From IMG/VR virus record IMGVR_UViG_3300044712_002068, positions 6,816 to 70,815 of that record: a DNA stretch of 64,000 nt. One strand, 5' to 3'. This DNA is from a virus. Below, piece by piece: positions 1 to 10,487 of the stretch (positions within the stretch are counted from its first letter, which is position 1; the number at the start of each line of letters is the position of its first letter). The notes below the pieces were generated by a model. It did not search any database. It worked only from the letters and a program-made list of their open reading frames with translations, and was not told the DNA's origin. The position numbers were made by a program, and so were the translations under genes.

Positions 1-2
1 CA

Positions 3-446
3 AGTGAATCACCTTATGAGATCACGGATGCAGGCATCACGACAGCCACCGTGGACGGCATTTTTGTTTATTTATTTGACGGCCAGGATTCGCAGTATCT
101 CAAAAAAGTGGGCACCACTCCCACGGGCTATGAGGTGGAAGTAGACACCACAGCGCATAAGCTGATTTTCCCAGCAGCACTGGATGGCAAGCTATTTACC
201 TACACGATTCCCGTCACGGAAACCAACGTACAGCGGTATGGTGGTGCCACAGGCGACAAGTACGGCACGATCGAGTTTTGGGGCACCATTTACGGCACTG
301 AGGATCGTATCCATTTCCCCAGCCTTGACTTCAAAACGACCCCATCAATCAGCCTGACTGGGGACGTAGCAACTCTAGAGGTTGATTTCAGTGCCAACGT
401 GAGTTCAGGCGATGACGAGCCGTATGTAATCTACAAGGCCGCATGA
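3..446 (+). CDS. Major tail tube protein, C-terminal part (runs off window start)
   Basis: Frame open from base 3; beta-rich acidic sequence; position upstream of chaperone and tape measure. Confidence 0.55.
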   Translation, partial: SESPYEITDAGITTATVDGIFVYLFDGQDSQYLKKVGTTPTGYEVEVDTTAHKLIFPAALDGKLFTYTIPVTETNVQRYGGATGDKYGTIEFWGTIYGTEDRIHFPSLDFKTTPSISLTGDVATLEVDFSANVSSGDDEPYVIYKAA

Positions 447-1069
447 AGCTAGAAATAGCCACGTTTGACCTGGATTGCATTGAGTTTCAGGATCGCTACG
501 GCATTTTTAGGCAGTCTTACGGCTGCTCGCCTCGTGGCGTTGAGCTGATGCGAGCCTATATTGCACGGCTCAACGAGATCATTGAGGCACTGCCCGAGCC
601 GCAAACCGCATCAGCGCTCTATCAGCTTGACCCTGTGTTTCGCCACTGCTGCGATCGCTGCCTCGAACTCAACGGCATAGACCTAGATTGGCTCGACAGC
701 CAGGGCAGGGTGCTCACAGGGCTGCTGTTTAGCTATCAAGACGGTGCTGGGCTGCTGGTGCGGTTGAACGCGATCGCACCCGATGACGCCATGCAACCGG
801 GTGAGGGTAAGCCTGCGACGGTGCATGATACCGCAGCGGCTCTGCTGGCTGCGACAAACGACCTTAAGGCCACGTTGGAGGCATTGCAGACCCAGCCAGC
901 CAAGCAGATTAATGGGATGCTCAAAGCCCGAGCAGAGCACATGCAGGCTGCTCTGAGCCCAGAGGAGAAGCAAAAGGCCGATCGCGAGCGGTGGGCAGCC
1001 GAGCGCAGAGCCAAAAACAAGAGCAACCCTAAGCCGTTTAGGCCAGACGATCTGAGGCGAGTGAAGTAA
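443..1069 (+). CDS. Putative tail assembly chaperone
   Basis: ATGA overlap with tube gene; canonical position before tape measure; helical basic C-terminus. Confidence 0.5.
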   Translation: MKLEIATFDLDCIEFQDRYGIFRQSYGCSPRGVELMRAYIARLNEIIEALPEPQTASALYQLDPVFRHCCDRCLELNGIDLDWLDSQGRVLTGLLFSYQDGAGLLVRLNAIAPDDAMQPGEGKPATVHDTAAALLAATNDLKATLEALQTQPAKQINGMLKARAEHMQAALSPEEKQKADRERWAAERRAKNKSNPKPFRPDDLRRVK

Positions 1070-1088
1070 CGCCATTCTCTCAGCACGT

Positions 1089-1123
1089 AAAAACCCCGAT
1101 GTCATAACTGGCATCGGGGTTTT
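1089..1123. terminator. Intrinsic terminator, bidirectional-looking
   Basis: AAAAACCCCGATGTCA-loop-TGGCATCGGGGTTTTT hairpin with A/T tails. Confidence 0.8.
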
Positions 1124-1157
1124 AGGTTGGATGTGCAGCATCCGTCTAAGGTTTACT

Positions 1158-1607
1158 ATGACACGTCAAACACTTTCGAGCCTCATTGCAATCACGGTTT
1201 TATTGGGGGCGTGCAGTCAGTCGCCCCTAGAACAAAGTAAGGCGATCGCTACCCAATATCTAGAAGCGGTCAAGGCAGGCGACACAGCCACAGCCATGAG
1301 CCTATACTGCAACCCAGGCGCACAAGAGCTATCACCCATCAAAACGGTTAAGTCGTTCACTGTCGAGCCCACTGGGGAATCGACAGATCAGGGCGTTAGC
1401 TTCAACACGGTTGAGGCCACAGTGGTGAGTGTTGGCCTAACCGCAGATCACACCGATAAGTATACGATTTGGGTCATGACCCCACAGCAGGCGATCGCCC
1501 ATGAGCAGGCTGCTGCTGCGAGGTTTGCAGAGCTAGGCATGAGGCCAGAGCCCATCAACCCAGAGGAGTGGTCAAAAGCCGATCTATGTGTCGCTGTGCT
1601 CGATTAG
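1158..1607 (+). CDS. Lipoprotein (moron; possible superinfection exclusion)
   Basis: Signal peptide MTRQTLSSLIAITVLLGAC ending in lipobox LGA-C. Confidence 0.65.
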   Translation: MTRQTLSSLIAITVLLGACSQSPLEQSKAIATQYLEAVKAGDTATAMSLYCNPGAQELSPIKTVKSFTVEPTGESTDQGVSFNTVEATVVSVGLTADHTDKYTIWVMTPQQAIAHEQAAAARFAELGMRPEPINPEEWSKADLCVAVLD

Positions 1608-1641
1608 TCGGGAATGCTGGCCATAGAGCGCATAGGGCGAT

Positions 1642-4600
1642 ATGGCTGGCAAAAAGATCACGCTGGTAATCGAGACAGAGGGGGCGACACAAACCCTCAA
1701 AAATATCAAAGAGATCCAAAAAGCGGTGGGTGGGATTGGCTCTGGCAGTAGTGCGGGAGCCAAGGAAGCGAGTCGAGGTATTGCAGATCTAGCCTTTGGC
1801 TTTAACAACGTCGTGCAGGCTGCGCAGACCCTAGCTGCAACGCTCGCGCCTGCCTACGATCTGCTGATTGGCTCAAACGAGAAACTTAATCAGCAGCTGC
1901 TGCAATCGGCTGCCACCATTACCGCAACGTCCGACGTGTTCCAAAATGGCATCAAAATCGAGGACGTTGGCCAGTCGATCGACGCCCTGCAAACCCCGTT
2001 ATTAGCCGCTATCAAAGAGGTTGAGAAGGAGACTCAAAAGCTGGTGGGGGTCACGTCTGAGCAAACCTCGTCTGTGTTCAATACCATTTTGAGCAACGTC
2101 TCTCAGCTCAATAACCAATCCAAGCAGTTTCCTGACTCAATCCAAGCGGCTGCCAAGCTCGCACCCGGTCTAGTGGCCACGCTGGGCAGTTTGCAGCTAC
2201 CGATAGAGCAGGCGAGCCAAGAAATTCGCTCGATTCTAACGGGTGACATTGGGCCAGATAGCGCGATCGCCAAGGCTCTAAACCTTTCCCGTGAGCAAAT
2301 CAATGCCTATAAAGCACAGGGGATCTTAGTAGACGAACTGATCAAAAAGTTTGCGCCTTTCCTATCTGCCAATGCCAAGGCAGCGCTTAGCATTGGAGGC
2401 ATCACCTCGAATATCAAAGATATCTTCGAGATTCTCGGCAGAACGTCAGGCTCCGAGTTGCTAAACGTGGTCGTGGATCAGCTCAATACGATCTATCAGT
2501 TTCTGGAACAGAATCAGGAGGCGCTACAAAATACAGCAGTCGGCACCGTGGGGCGACTGGTTGAGGCGCTAAAGGTCGTGATTGACACCGTTACCAGGAT
2601 CGGGCAATCCATCACCGCAGCATTCTCAGGTGAGGATTTCTCAGGGCTGTCGGAGGTTGCCAACATTATTGGCGATGAGTTGATCGCAGCACTTAAGACC
2701 GCTGGTGATGTGCTGGTCGAGTTTGCCGATGTGGCGATCGCCAGTGTTAAGGGTCTACTGCCTGCATTCAAAGACATTGGCTTTGCTGCATTAGAACTAG
2801 GCAGGTTTATCGTGCAGGGGCTTAGGGCAGGGCTTGAGGCTGCATCAGCGCTCAATCAGGTCATGACTCCATTGCTCAATGTTGTGATCAAGCCCATTCT
2901 TGAGCAGGTCGGGGCGATCGCCATCAAAGTGGTGCAACTGGTCGAAAATGCCCAGTATGCAGTAGGGCTACTCACGGGTGCAGTAGGCGACAGTGGAGCC
3001 GCACTTGAAACCTACGGCAAATCGGTCGATCAAACGATTCGAGACGCGACCAGGGGACAGGGGGCTCTAACGGCTGCCATCTTGGCGCGACAGGCCGCTG
3101 AGGCAGGCGGCACCAAACTGACGGCAGAGCAGGCCGCTGCTGAGGCCGCTGCCGTGAAGGCATTGGAGGGCGACACCGCAGCGCTACGGGCAAGACGTGA
3201 CGAAATCGAGCAAACCGTTGCACTAGGCCCAGCACAGAAAAAGCAAAAAGAGCAGCTACTTGCCCAGATTGATAAAGAGATCGGGAAAAACGATCTACTG
3301 CTGGCCACGCTGGAAAAAACCGCACCGGCAACCGCAAACTCGGTCAAGGTCGCTGGAAGGGAACTTGAAAAGCTCGGAACCATTACCGATCAGCTTAAGA
3401 AAAAAGTTGACGATGCCCGACGCTCTCTATCAACGGCCACAACGAGCGAGGAGGCAGCAAAAGCCGCTAAAGACCTGCTCGACCTGACCCAACAACAGCT
3501 TGATTTAGGCGACATCACCCGAGATCAGGCGATCGCCAACGCTCAAGAGATTGCCAATAACGAGAGAATCCCAATCGAGCAACGGCTCGCAGCCCAGCAG
3601 GCATTGAGCAAATTTCAAGAGCAGGCATCAAACGATCGGGTGCAGCAGGTGCAGGCCGAACAACAAAAGGTGCAGCAGCTTGTTGCCAGTGGTCAGATCA
3701 GCGATGCAGAGGGTGAGGCGCAGTTAACCGCACTTAAGGCCAAGGAACTGGAAACTCGACTCGAAAACATTCGCGCTGCGCTCAAAGCCGAGCAGGATCT
3801 AGGGCGTGGCAACGGGCAACGAGCCAAGGATCTAAAACAGCAGGAAGCCGACCTAGTAACTCAGGTTGCAGAGGCCAGGGCAACGGCTCAAAAAGCGCAA
3901 CTGAGCAAACGGTTAGACGATATCGAGCGAGAGGGTAGACGGGTCGCAGCAGCGACAGAGCAGGCCGAATCAGAGCGCTTGCTCGCCACCCAACGACTGG
4001 TGAATGAGGGCGTTTTAACTGAACGGCAGGCGAGCCAGGAAAAGCTACAAATCACACGCGATCGCATTCAGTCGGAGTTGGCAGCCGAACAAGATAAACT
4101 CGCACAACTGCGATCGCTGCCCTCACCCACCGACCCAGACGAGCGAGAGCGGCTAGAGCAGCAAATTAGGGACTCAGTGACCCAGACGGCACGGCTACAG
4201 CTCAGCCTGCTCGAAAACGAGCGACAGGCCCAGCAAGCGCTCGCAGACGCTGCGATACAGGCAATCCGTGATCAGAGCGCTGAGGAACAGCGAGCAGCGC
4301 AGCGAAAGCAACAGTTTCAGCAGCAATTTATCTCTAATTTGGAGCGAGAAAAGGCCGCAAATCAGGCCGCATCCGCTGCACTGCAAACTCAATCTGACCT
4401 ATTGCAGTCTCAAGTCGGGTTACAGCAGGCATTGCAAAACCTCAGATCGACCACGGGACAGATTGAGATTGACCGATTAGAGCAGGCGCTGCAAATCAGG
4501 CAGCAGCTTGCCCAAACGACCGACGCAGCCACTCGGCAAGAGCTAGAACGGCAGCTATCGCTATTGCAAGGGCAAGTACAGGGCGTAAATTTGCGAGGCA

Positions 4601-5553
4601 GCGAGGCGCAACTCATTCGCCAGATTGGAGAGGAGCAAAAACGGAAAGCAGAGCAGGAACTAAAAGACCTGGAACTGCGCCAAATCGCAGCAAGGCGAGC
4701 CAACGAGCTAGAGATACAGCGCAATCAACTGGCCGCAGAGCGAGCAGTGATTGAGGCGCGGATTGCAGAAATTCAAGCACGACAGCAGGCGATCGCAGCC
4801 AATGCAGCGGTGAGAGAGGCTGACCGCAATGTACAGGCCGCTCAGCAAATCGTAGACCCAGAGGAACGGGCTCGGGCGGTTGCCGACGCCACATTTCAGA
4901 GGGATTCTGCGGTCAAAAATGTGGGCTTGGTCGAGCAACAGGTTGAGTTAGCTGGCCAGGTCACAGATCAGGCATTGCAGCAGGTCGATGCACAAGCTCA
5001 GCTTGCCGAGAACTCACGGCTCACCCTCAATGCCCAGCAGGCCACCGAACGCGCTACAGCCAGGGCCGCAGCCCAATCAACCGAGTTTTCTGCCAACCTC
5101 AGAACCGCAGCAGCATCTGCTCAGACCATTGCTCGCAGCTTGGGCGTCACCTCCGACGTGCAAGGGTTTAAGGATGGGGGTAATCCATCTGCTGGTCAGG
5201 TTGCCTGGGTGGGGGAAGCAGGGCCAGAGCTGGTCAAATTCGGAGCCAATGCACGGGTCTGGAGTAACTCCGACTCAATGCGGATTGCTCAGCGTGCTCT
5301 ATCGGGTGTGCCGTCAGTGGGGGCGATCGCCAGTGGGAACATGGGCGACCCACTGCTCAAAGCGGTGAACCGGCTCAATGATAACTTGAGTAACCTTGAG
5401 CCAGGGGTGCAGATTGGCACCCTACAGCAGAGCGTGACCAATCAAGTACCGCAGAACGAAAGGGCGATCGCGCAGCAAGTCGAGCAGGCAAATCTTGATT
5501 TATTGTGGGAATTAAAAGCAGGGCTGAGAGGTGGCAGGTTTGGCCGATTTTAA
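1642..5553 (+). CDS. Tail tape measure protein
   Basis: 1303 aa, Ala/Gln-rich coiled coil, C-terminal GFKDGG...VGEAGPELV motif typical of TMPs. Confidence 0.88.
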   Translation: MAGKKITLVIETEGATQTLKNIKEIQKAVGGIGSGSSAGAKEASRGIADLAFGFNNVVQAAQTLAATLAPAYDLLIGSNEKLNQQLLQSAATITATSDVFQNGIKIEDVGQSIDALQTPLLAAIKEVEKETQKLVGVTSEQTSSVFNTILSNVSQLNNQSKQFPDSIQAAAKLAPGLVATLGSLQLPIEQASQEIRSILTGDIGPDSAIAKALNLSREQINAYKAQGILVDELIKKFAPFLSANAKAALSIGGITSNIKDIFEILGRTSGSELLNVVVDQLNTIYQFLEQNQEALQNTAVGTVGRLVEALKVVIDTVTRIGQSITAAFSGEDFSGLSEVANIIGDELIAALKTAGDVLVEFADVAIASVKGLLPAFKDIGFAALELGRFIVQGLRAGLEAASALNQVMTPLLNVVIKPILEQVGAIAIKVVQLVENAQYAVGLLTGAVGDSGAALETYGKSVDQTIRDATRGQGALTAAILARQAAEAGGTKLTAEQAAAEAAAVKALEGDTAALRARRDEIEQTVALGPAQKKQKEQLLAQIDKEIGKNDLLLATLEKTAPATANSVKVAGRELEKLGTITDQLKKKVDDARRSLSTATTSEEAAKAAKDLLDLTQQQLDLGDITRDQAIANAQEIANNERIPIEQRLAAQQALSKFQEQASNDRVQQVQAEQQKVQQLVASGQISDAEGEAQLTALKAKELETRLENIRAALKAEQDLGRGNGQRAKDLKQQEADLVTQVAEARATAQKAQLSKRLDDIEREGRRVAAATEQAESERLLATQRLVNEGVLTERQASQEKLQITRDRIQSELAAEQDKLAQLRSLPSPTDPDERERLEQQIRDSVTQTARLQLSLLENERQAQQALADAAIQAIRDQSAEEQRAAQRKQQFQQQFISNLEREKAANQAASAALQTQSDLLQSQVGLQQALQNLRSTTGQIEIDRLEQALQIRQQLAQTTDAATRQELERQLSLLQGQVQGVNLRGSEAQLIRQIGEEQKRKAEQELKDLELRQIAARRANELEIQRNQLAAERAVIEARIAEIQARQQAIAANAAVREADRNVQAAQQIVDPEERARAVADATFQRDSAVKNVGLVEQQVELAGQVTDQALQQVDAQAQLAENSRLTLNAQQATERATARAAAQSTEFSANLRTAAASAQTIARSLGVTSDVQGFKDGGNPSAGQVAWVGEAGPELVKFGANARVWSNSDSMRIAQRALSGVPSVGAIASGNMGDPLLKAVNRLNDNLSNLEPGVQIGTLQQSVTNQVPQNERAIAQQVEQANLDLLWELKAGLRGGRFGRF

Positions 5554-6046
5554 TATGCTGCGGTTCCCCATACCAGAACCGCTGCTGACAACCTACAACA
5601 CAGCCGAAAATGCAGACCTGTTTGATGCGGAAAACTCCCATCTAATCTTGTATGTGCAGCCTGGGGGCTATCGCCCAGTGTGGACAGCGACGGGTGAAAC
5701 CTCGCTGGTCGATGGCTATGGCTCGACCGTCGTGCAAACTGCCAAATGGCGCTATGGGTTTGATGTGGCCACCATTGAGGGACGAACAGCACCCTATGAG
5801 ATAATCCGCACGCTGGCTCAGACCGCTGCTGCGGTGAAGGGACAATATAGCGCGATCGCAGTGTGGGATTATGTCAATCCCGAGCCAGGGGACGCAGCAG
5901 CAACAGGCTACACGGTGCGCAATACTCGGCTAGAAAACATCCAGCCCAGTGGCACAATCCGCGCAGACTCGGCATTTAATAGCGCTCGATACTCGCAAGG
6001 GTTTCAGTTTCGCTTGGTCGAGATTGAGGCGCGATCGCAGTATTGA
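5531..6046 (+). CDS. Putative distal tail protein
   Basis: 171 aa, overlaps end of TMP gene; positional inference. Confidence 0.45.
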   Translation: MAGLADFNMLRFPIPEPLLTTYNTAENADLFDAENSHLILYVQPGGYRPVWTATGETSLVDGYGSTVVQTAKWRYGFDVATIEGRTAPYEIIRTLAQTAAAVKGQYSAIAVWDYVNPEPGDAAATGYTVRNTRLENIQPSGTIRADSAFNSARYSQGFQFRLVEIEARSQY

Positions 6047-6050
6047 AATC

Positions 6051-6083
6051 GTTTTGAAACGTTTCAAAACGTTTTGGACGGGT
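6051..6083. repeat. AAACGTTT phased palindrome array, copy 1 of 5
   Basis: GTTTTGAAACGTTTCAAAACGTTTTGGACGGGT; related arrays at 12929, 13706, 17826, 18071. Confidence 0.85.
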
Positions 6084-6101
6084 TGAGGTCAATTTGTTAA
6101 T

Positions 6102-6266
6102 TTAAGCTTGCTGCCATTGGTCGAACAGCTGCTGTAATACGTCTGCTGGCGATTCCTTGCTAACGCCATGAGAGGCGATGAACTCCTCAAAAGATTCCTC
6201 TTGCTCAATGTCCAGAGAGTTATCGTTTACGATGGCATCCCATGCGCTCTCGCCTGAAAATTGCAT
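6102..6266 (-). CDS. Small acidic protein (54 aa), not in ORF track
   Basis: MQFSGESAWDAIVNDNSLDIEQEESFEEFIASHGVSKESPADVLQQLFDQWQQA translated by hand. Confidence 0.5.
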   Translation of the reverse strand: MQFSGESAWDAIVNDNSLDIEQEESFEEFIASHGVSKESPADVLQQLFDQWQQA

Positions 6267-6599
6267 TTAGTTACCTGATAGAAGGATGATGGCGATCGCC
6301 GCTCTCAATGCCCCCAGAGCGAGGGCGATCGCTACTCTTATTCTATCGAGAGGAAATCATCGGAGGTTGCAGGCTAGACCATAGAGTTTATCTGTCTGCC
6401 ATTTGCGCATTATCAGGTCAAAGTTTTCGCTGCTGAAAATACGGCAGTCCACACCACCAGACTCGAAATGCCAGAAAAGGGAATATCGTGCAGGTGCGCC
6501 ACCGCTGCAAATCCAAAAAACGGTTTCGTCATCCATGATTTTGATGGTGGGCGATCGCTCCCAGTCTGCACGTTAGCAAAGCGATCGCCTGCCCTAATA

Positions 6600-7070
6600 C
6601 TAGCCGCATCCCTTACCCACTTCACCAGGGCTGTCGGGCTTTACAAAATCTTTTGCACTGACCCAACCCTGTGGGCACCAAAACCCCCACTGTCGAATTT
6701 TAGGTCCAGTGATAAACAGGCTCACGACCGGGGCATCGTTGATCAGTTCAAGGCGATGCAGGGCTGTGGCATGGCGAAAAATGATGTCACCCTCACTCCG
6801 CTCTACTATGCCGTCTGGCGTCACCTCCCGATAGGCATTGATTAGCAAGATAGACAGGTTTGCCCACGGGTGATCATGCAGTTCCTTGTCTTTATCGCTG
6901 CGCTGGATCAGGTGCAGGTAGAGGTTAAGCACAGGATTGCGGGGTATCAGATGCCATCGCAGCAAGAGGGGGGAATCCTCTGAACCGATCATGAAATCGG
7001 GCGGTCGCCCTGCCTGAGTGCGGTCTGATAGCCTTAAGAGCGATCGCCTGAGAAACCGAGGAATTTTCAC
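6600..7070 (-). CDS. Cupin-fold phage protein
   Basis: YLHLIQRSD..LHDHPW...YRE...HRLEL...SLFITG..RQWGFW pattern. Confidence 0.65.
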   Translation of the reverse strand: MKIPRFLRRSLLRLSDRTQAGRPPDFMIGSEDSPLLLRWHLIPRNPVLNLYLHLIQRSDKDKELHDHPWANLSILLINAYREVTPDGIVERSEGDIIFRHATALHRLELINDAPVVSLFITGPKIRQWGFWCPQGWVSAKDFVKPDSPGEVGKGCG

Positions 7071-7087
7071 ACGGGAATCCTAGAAAC

Positions 7088-9565
7088 ATGCTGACCCTAG
7101 TTTCTCCCAATCTGCCGACCGTTACCACGGAGCCCCAATATGGTGGCGTCGTTGGCTCGCTGCCCACTGCGGATGTAGGGGCGATCGCCACCATATACGA
7201 CCGGCGTGAAAATTCGCCCCTAGAACAAAGTGCAGTTTTAGAAATTCCGTCCTACGCGGATGGCGAAATTTTCATCACCGCACCGACCGGGGTGGGGGCT
7301 GTGCTATCGGTGCGGTTGGATGGGTTGCTCTACTCGCCTGCTGACAAGTTGCCACGCAAGCCTGGAACCTACACGTTCAACCCCGAGACACTAGAGCTGG
7401 CGATCGCACTGCTGCCAGGGCAGAGCCCTACGGTGGGCACGTCGATCCAGTACCGATATAAGTTGGCTCGTCATTCGGGCTTAACTGCGCTTAGCAATGC
7501 GCTCAATGAGCAACAGCCCGACCTATTTAGAAACTGGAATGTTTCGGGTACGGTTTCGGTTTCTAGGTCGCTAGAGGGGCAACCATCAGGGAGTCTAGAG
7601 TTCTACATTCAGAGCGGCTATGAGGCGAGCGTGAGATCGACGTTCACACCGGGTGAGAAATTCATCTTTCACGGGTTTGGATACAGCGTTAACAGCCTCA
7701 AAATCGAGCGGCTGCGCAATGGGCTGATCAAGGCCAGCATTTCGCTGGGTGGCTATTGGGAGAATGAATTAGACGAGCCCGTTGCGCTGAATGATGCCGC
7801 TCCAGTGACTGGTGACGATGCCGCAGACGGTGCGACCAAGGGCAGCGAGAAAGCTGATAACTGCAACAGGGGTGTAGTCGGACTCGGCAATTTTGCCCGT
7901 AGGGTCGGGGTACCGCTGCGAGGTGTAAACGTATCGCGCACCGTGCCAGCCGACACCCCAGCCGACGCGACCACGACGCTCGGACAAGAGGTACAGAGTC
8001 GAGCACTGGGGGCTGGGGCCGTCGTGCGCTACAGCGACCCTAATGCTGTCGTAATTGAGCGGTGGGCCGCAACGAAACACCATATTTTGAGCGCTGCGGA
8101 TATCGTGTCTGAGTCGATATCCATCAACCTGCAAGGCGATGGAGCCACCGATAACAGCAGCACCGACGGCACAGCCAGCAAGCTGGCTCAAGAGTTCAAA
8201 AACACGCGCCTTGACCTGGATCAGGGCGATGGGGCCAGCGCTGACGACTCTCAGGGCGATGTCAAGCAGGTTTTTTATAGTGGCGATCGCTCTTATTTCC
8301 TGTCTGTGCAGGTGGACTCCTTTCGTGATACCGGCCATGCGTTTGACAATGGTGGGCCGACCAAAACCCTCAAAAAAGTGGTCAAGCTGAACGGGCAAAC
8401 CCTCACTGAGAATGAGCAGGTGTGGGGCTATTGCTACGCAGCCACCGACGTTTACACCCTGATCAGCGCAGCGGGAGGCAGTCAGACCCGCTACGGGTGG
8501 CGATACTCTGGGCCGTTTGTCAATGGTCAGGCTTTTTGGCGAAAGGTGAGCGATGTCTCGACCGAATATATCTATGGTGAGTATGGCTATTTGGTGGGGG
8601 TGAAAACCACGGGCTATAAGCTGGCTCGGTTCAACAGCGATCGCGACCAGAAAAGTTTAGAGATTAAGCTGGCCATGGTCACGGGTGTGGCTGCAAATAG
8701 CGATCCAGGGGCTATCACGGTAGGGATTGAGAGTCTAGTAAAGCAGCTCGCACTGCGAACCGACTTCCAGAAACTTGCTGTCAACGACACCACGACCTAT
8801 AACCTTGCTCCATTCCGGGGGCTTTACCCCGACATAGAAAAGGGGCAAAGTGAAGATTGGGTAGAGCCGCTCTATGCCGAGCGGATGCAGCGAATTGACC
8901 GGACGGAGGCCATCACACCCGACCCAGAATCGACCAACGAGAAACCTAAGCCCGATCTAGTGGTCGGCAAAAACTATCGAGAGGAAAAGTCGGTTGAGAT
9001 TGTCTATCCAACTGCCACAATTCCAAAGAAGAATTACCAGCAGAACAAGGACTTTTATAGAGCCGTGAGCCTCACCCAGAATGCAGAGGGGCCAGGGCTC
9101 AAAGATGGCCTAACTACCGAGCAATTCGACGACAATTCGGGCAGGCCCAGCGTGCAGACCCGACTCACCAAAACAGGCGATCGCTGCCGACCGATTGCGC
9201 TCAATGCCGCCAAGACGGGCATGAAATACTTGCTCAAAACCGCAGGGGTAAACACCACATCCGACAAGGTTGAAGACGGCAGCGTAAATTATCCAGGCGC
9301 GACCACGCCAGAGGAGGGGCTAAAGGCTGCCGAGACTCAGGCCAGTATCGACAACACCACGACGGTGGAAACCTGGGAGCTGACCGTGCTGCCCACTAGA
9401 CGCTACACCGAGGGCGATCGCGTCACTGTTCTAGGGGTGACGTTTATTGTGCTCAGCGTGACGGAGGCGAGGAAAATTCAGGGCAATTTAGTGACCAGTG
9501 ATGGATGGCAACTGACGCTGGGTAAATACCTAGCACCAAGGATAGAACTAAGGGAGGTGGGTTAG
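7088..9565 (+). CDS. Large tail/baseplate hub-like structural protein
   Basis: 825 aa, position in tail cluster, C-terminal EGDRV..LG..F.V.SV hub-like beta region. Confidence 0.5.
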   Translation: MLTLVSPNLPTVTTEPQYGGVVGSLPTADVGAIATIYDRRENSPLEQSAVLEIPSYADGEIFITAPTGVGAVLSVRLDGLLYSPADKLPRKPGTYTFNPETLELAIALLPGQSPTVGTSIQYRYKLARHSGLTALSNALNEQQPDLFRNWNVSGTVSVSRSLEGQPSGSLEFYIQSGYEASVRSTFTPGEKFIFHGFGYSVNSLKIERLRNGLIKASISLGGYWENELDEPVALNDAAPVTGDDAADGATKGSEKADNCNRGVVGLGNFARRVGVPLRGVNVSRTVPADTPADATTTLGQEVQSRALGAGAVVRYSDPNAVVIERWAATKHHILSAADIVSESISINLQGDGATDNSSTDGTASKLAQEFKNTRLDLDQGDGASADDSQGDVKQVFYSGDRSYFLSVQVDSFRDTGHAFDNGGPTKTLKKVVKLNGQTLTENEQVWGYCYAATDVYTLISAAGGSQTRYGWRYSGPFVNGQAFWRKVSDVSTEYIYGEYGYLVGVKTTGYKLARFNSDRDQKSLEIKLAMVTGVAANSDPGAITVGIESLVKQLALRTDFQKLAVNDTTTYNLAPFRGLYPDIEKGQSEDWVEPLYAERMQRIDRTEAITPDPESTNEKPKPDLVVGKNYREEKSVEIVYPTATIPKKNYQQNKDFYRAVSLTQNAEGPGLKDGLTTEQFDDNSGRPSVQTRLTKTGDRCRPIALNAAKTGMKYLLKTAGVNTTSDKVEDGSVNYPGATTPEEGLKAAETQASIDNTTTVETWELTVLPTRRYTEGDRVTVLGVTFIVLSVTEARKIQGNLVTSDGWQLTLGKYLAPRIELREVG

Positions 9566-9789
9566 TGTCTGCGTTTATTGAGCGGTTGATTTTGCGGGTT
9601 AAGGCAGCGTTGCCAGGGGTGAGCGAGCAGGCGATCTTAAATGCCCTGCGGATGCATAACTGCACACTTGAGCAGTTGGCCGATCGGGCTGAGCAACGCG
9701 AGTTACTGCTGTTAAATGGGGCGATCGCCAGAGCACCTAGGCCAGAGGTCACGCCGAGCGATGTAGCAAAAGCATTGGAGGAAATTTAA
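9565..9789 (+). CDS. Hypothetical protein
   Basis: Translationally coupled ORF. Confidence 0.5.
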   Translation: MSAFIERLILRVKAALPGVSEQAILNALRMHNCTLEQLADRAEQRELLLLNGAIARAPRPEVTPSDVAKALEEI

Positions 9790-10025
9790 TGGAAATTAGA
9801 GAGCAATTGTCAGACGTGCAGCATGATATCTGGGCGCATTGGATGCGTTATCAGTTTTCCGTTTGCACCCAAAACCCAGATGGGTCGTTGACCATTCCTG
9901 CTGCATCGGTCAAGCACTGGCAACGACAAATAGACACCCCATACAGTGATTTGACCGAAAAAGAGAAGGACAGCGATCGCGAGCAGGCTGACAAAATTCT
10001 TGCGGTATTAGAAGAGGTTGGTTAA
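9789..10025 (+). CDS. Small phage protein with RyR-like motif
   Basis: HDIWAHW...PYSDLTEKEKDSDRE. Confidence 0.5.
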   Translation: MEIREQLSDVQHDIWAHWMRYQFSVCTQNPDGSLTIPAASVKHWQRQIDTPYSDLTEKEKDSDREQADKILAVLEEVG

Positions 10026-10230
10026 TGAAAAGGAGGGGTATTTGCAATTAACTTTTGATAAAAGCACTTCAACCGTATGGCTGTTTGCTACTCCTAATGA
10101 GTTACTGCAAATAGCTGCAATTGCCCAGGAAAGGGCGACAGAGGCGCGATTGGGGGATTCTTTAACGATTGTCGAGCAGAACATCGGTCGATCAAACCTT
10201 GTTTTTAGAATTAGTGCCAATAAACCGTAA
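10018..10230 (+). CDS. Hypothetical protein
   Basis: Overlapping ORF in run of small genes. Confidence 0.4.
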   Translation: MVNEKEGYLQLTFDKSTSTVWLFATPNELLQIAAIAQERATEARLGDSLTIVEQNIGRSNLVFRISANKP

Positions 10231-10283
10231 GGAATGGCCGAATTCATTGTTGATCTTTATCTCGCCATGAGAAAGGAGGGCTA

Positions 10284-10487
10284 ATGGCACGTTTGAGCGC
10301 ACGCATTTTGAACGAAATTCAAGCACTGCAACAGCTCATCCTCAACAACCGGGTGAGTGTGCAGACCTTCCGCAGCACTGCGGAGGGGGGCAGCTATCAG
10401 CAGGTCAAGCGAGGCGGTGGGGCGATCGCCAAGATCCCTCTGGCCGACTCGCAGAATAGTGTTTCACGCACGGGGAGATTTAGATGA
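10284..10487 (+). CDS. Hypothetical, possibly virion-associated
   Basis: Strong RBS AAGGAGG; SRTGRF motif also present in 16148..17770. Confidence 0.55.
   Translation: MARLSARILNEIQALQQLILNNRVSVQTFRSTAEGGSYQQVKRGGGAIAKIPLADSQNSVSRTGRFR

Noticed and set aside
443-1069. Programmed frameshift in the tail chaperone
   Set aside because: No convincing slippery heptamer with an extended alternative frame; a terminator follows the gene.
2103-5368. Numerous short alternative-frame ORFs within the tape measure gene
   Set aside because: Shadow ORFs of a repetitive Ala/Gln-rich gene with no independent signals.
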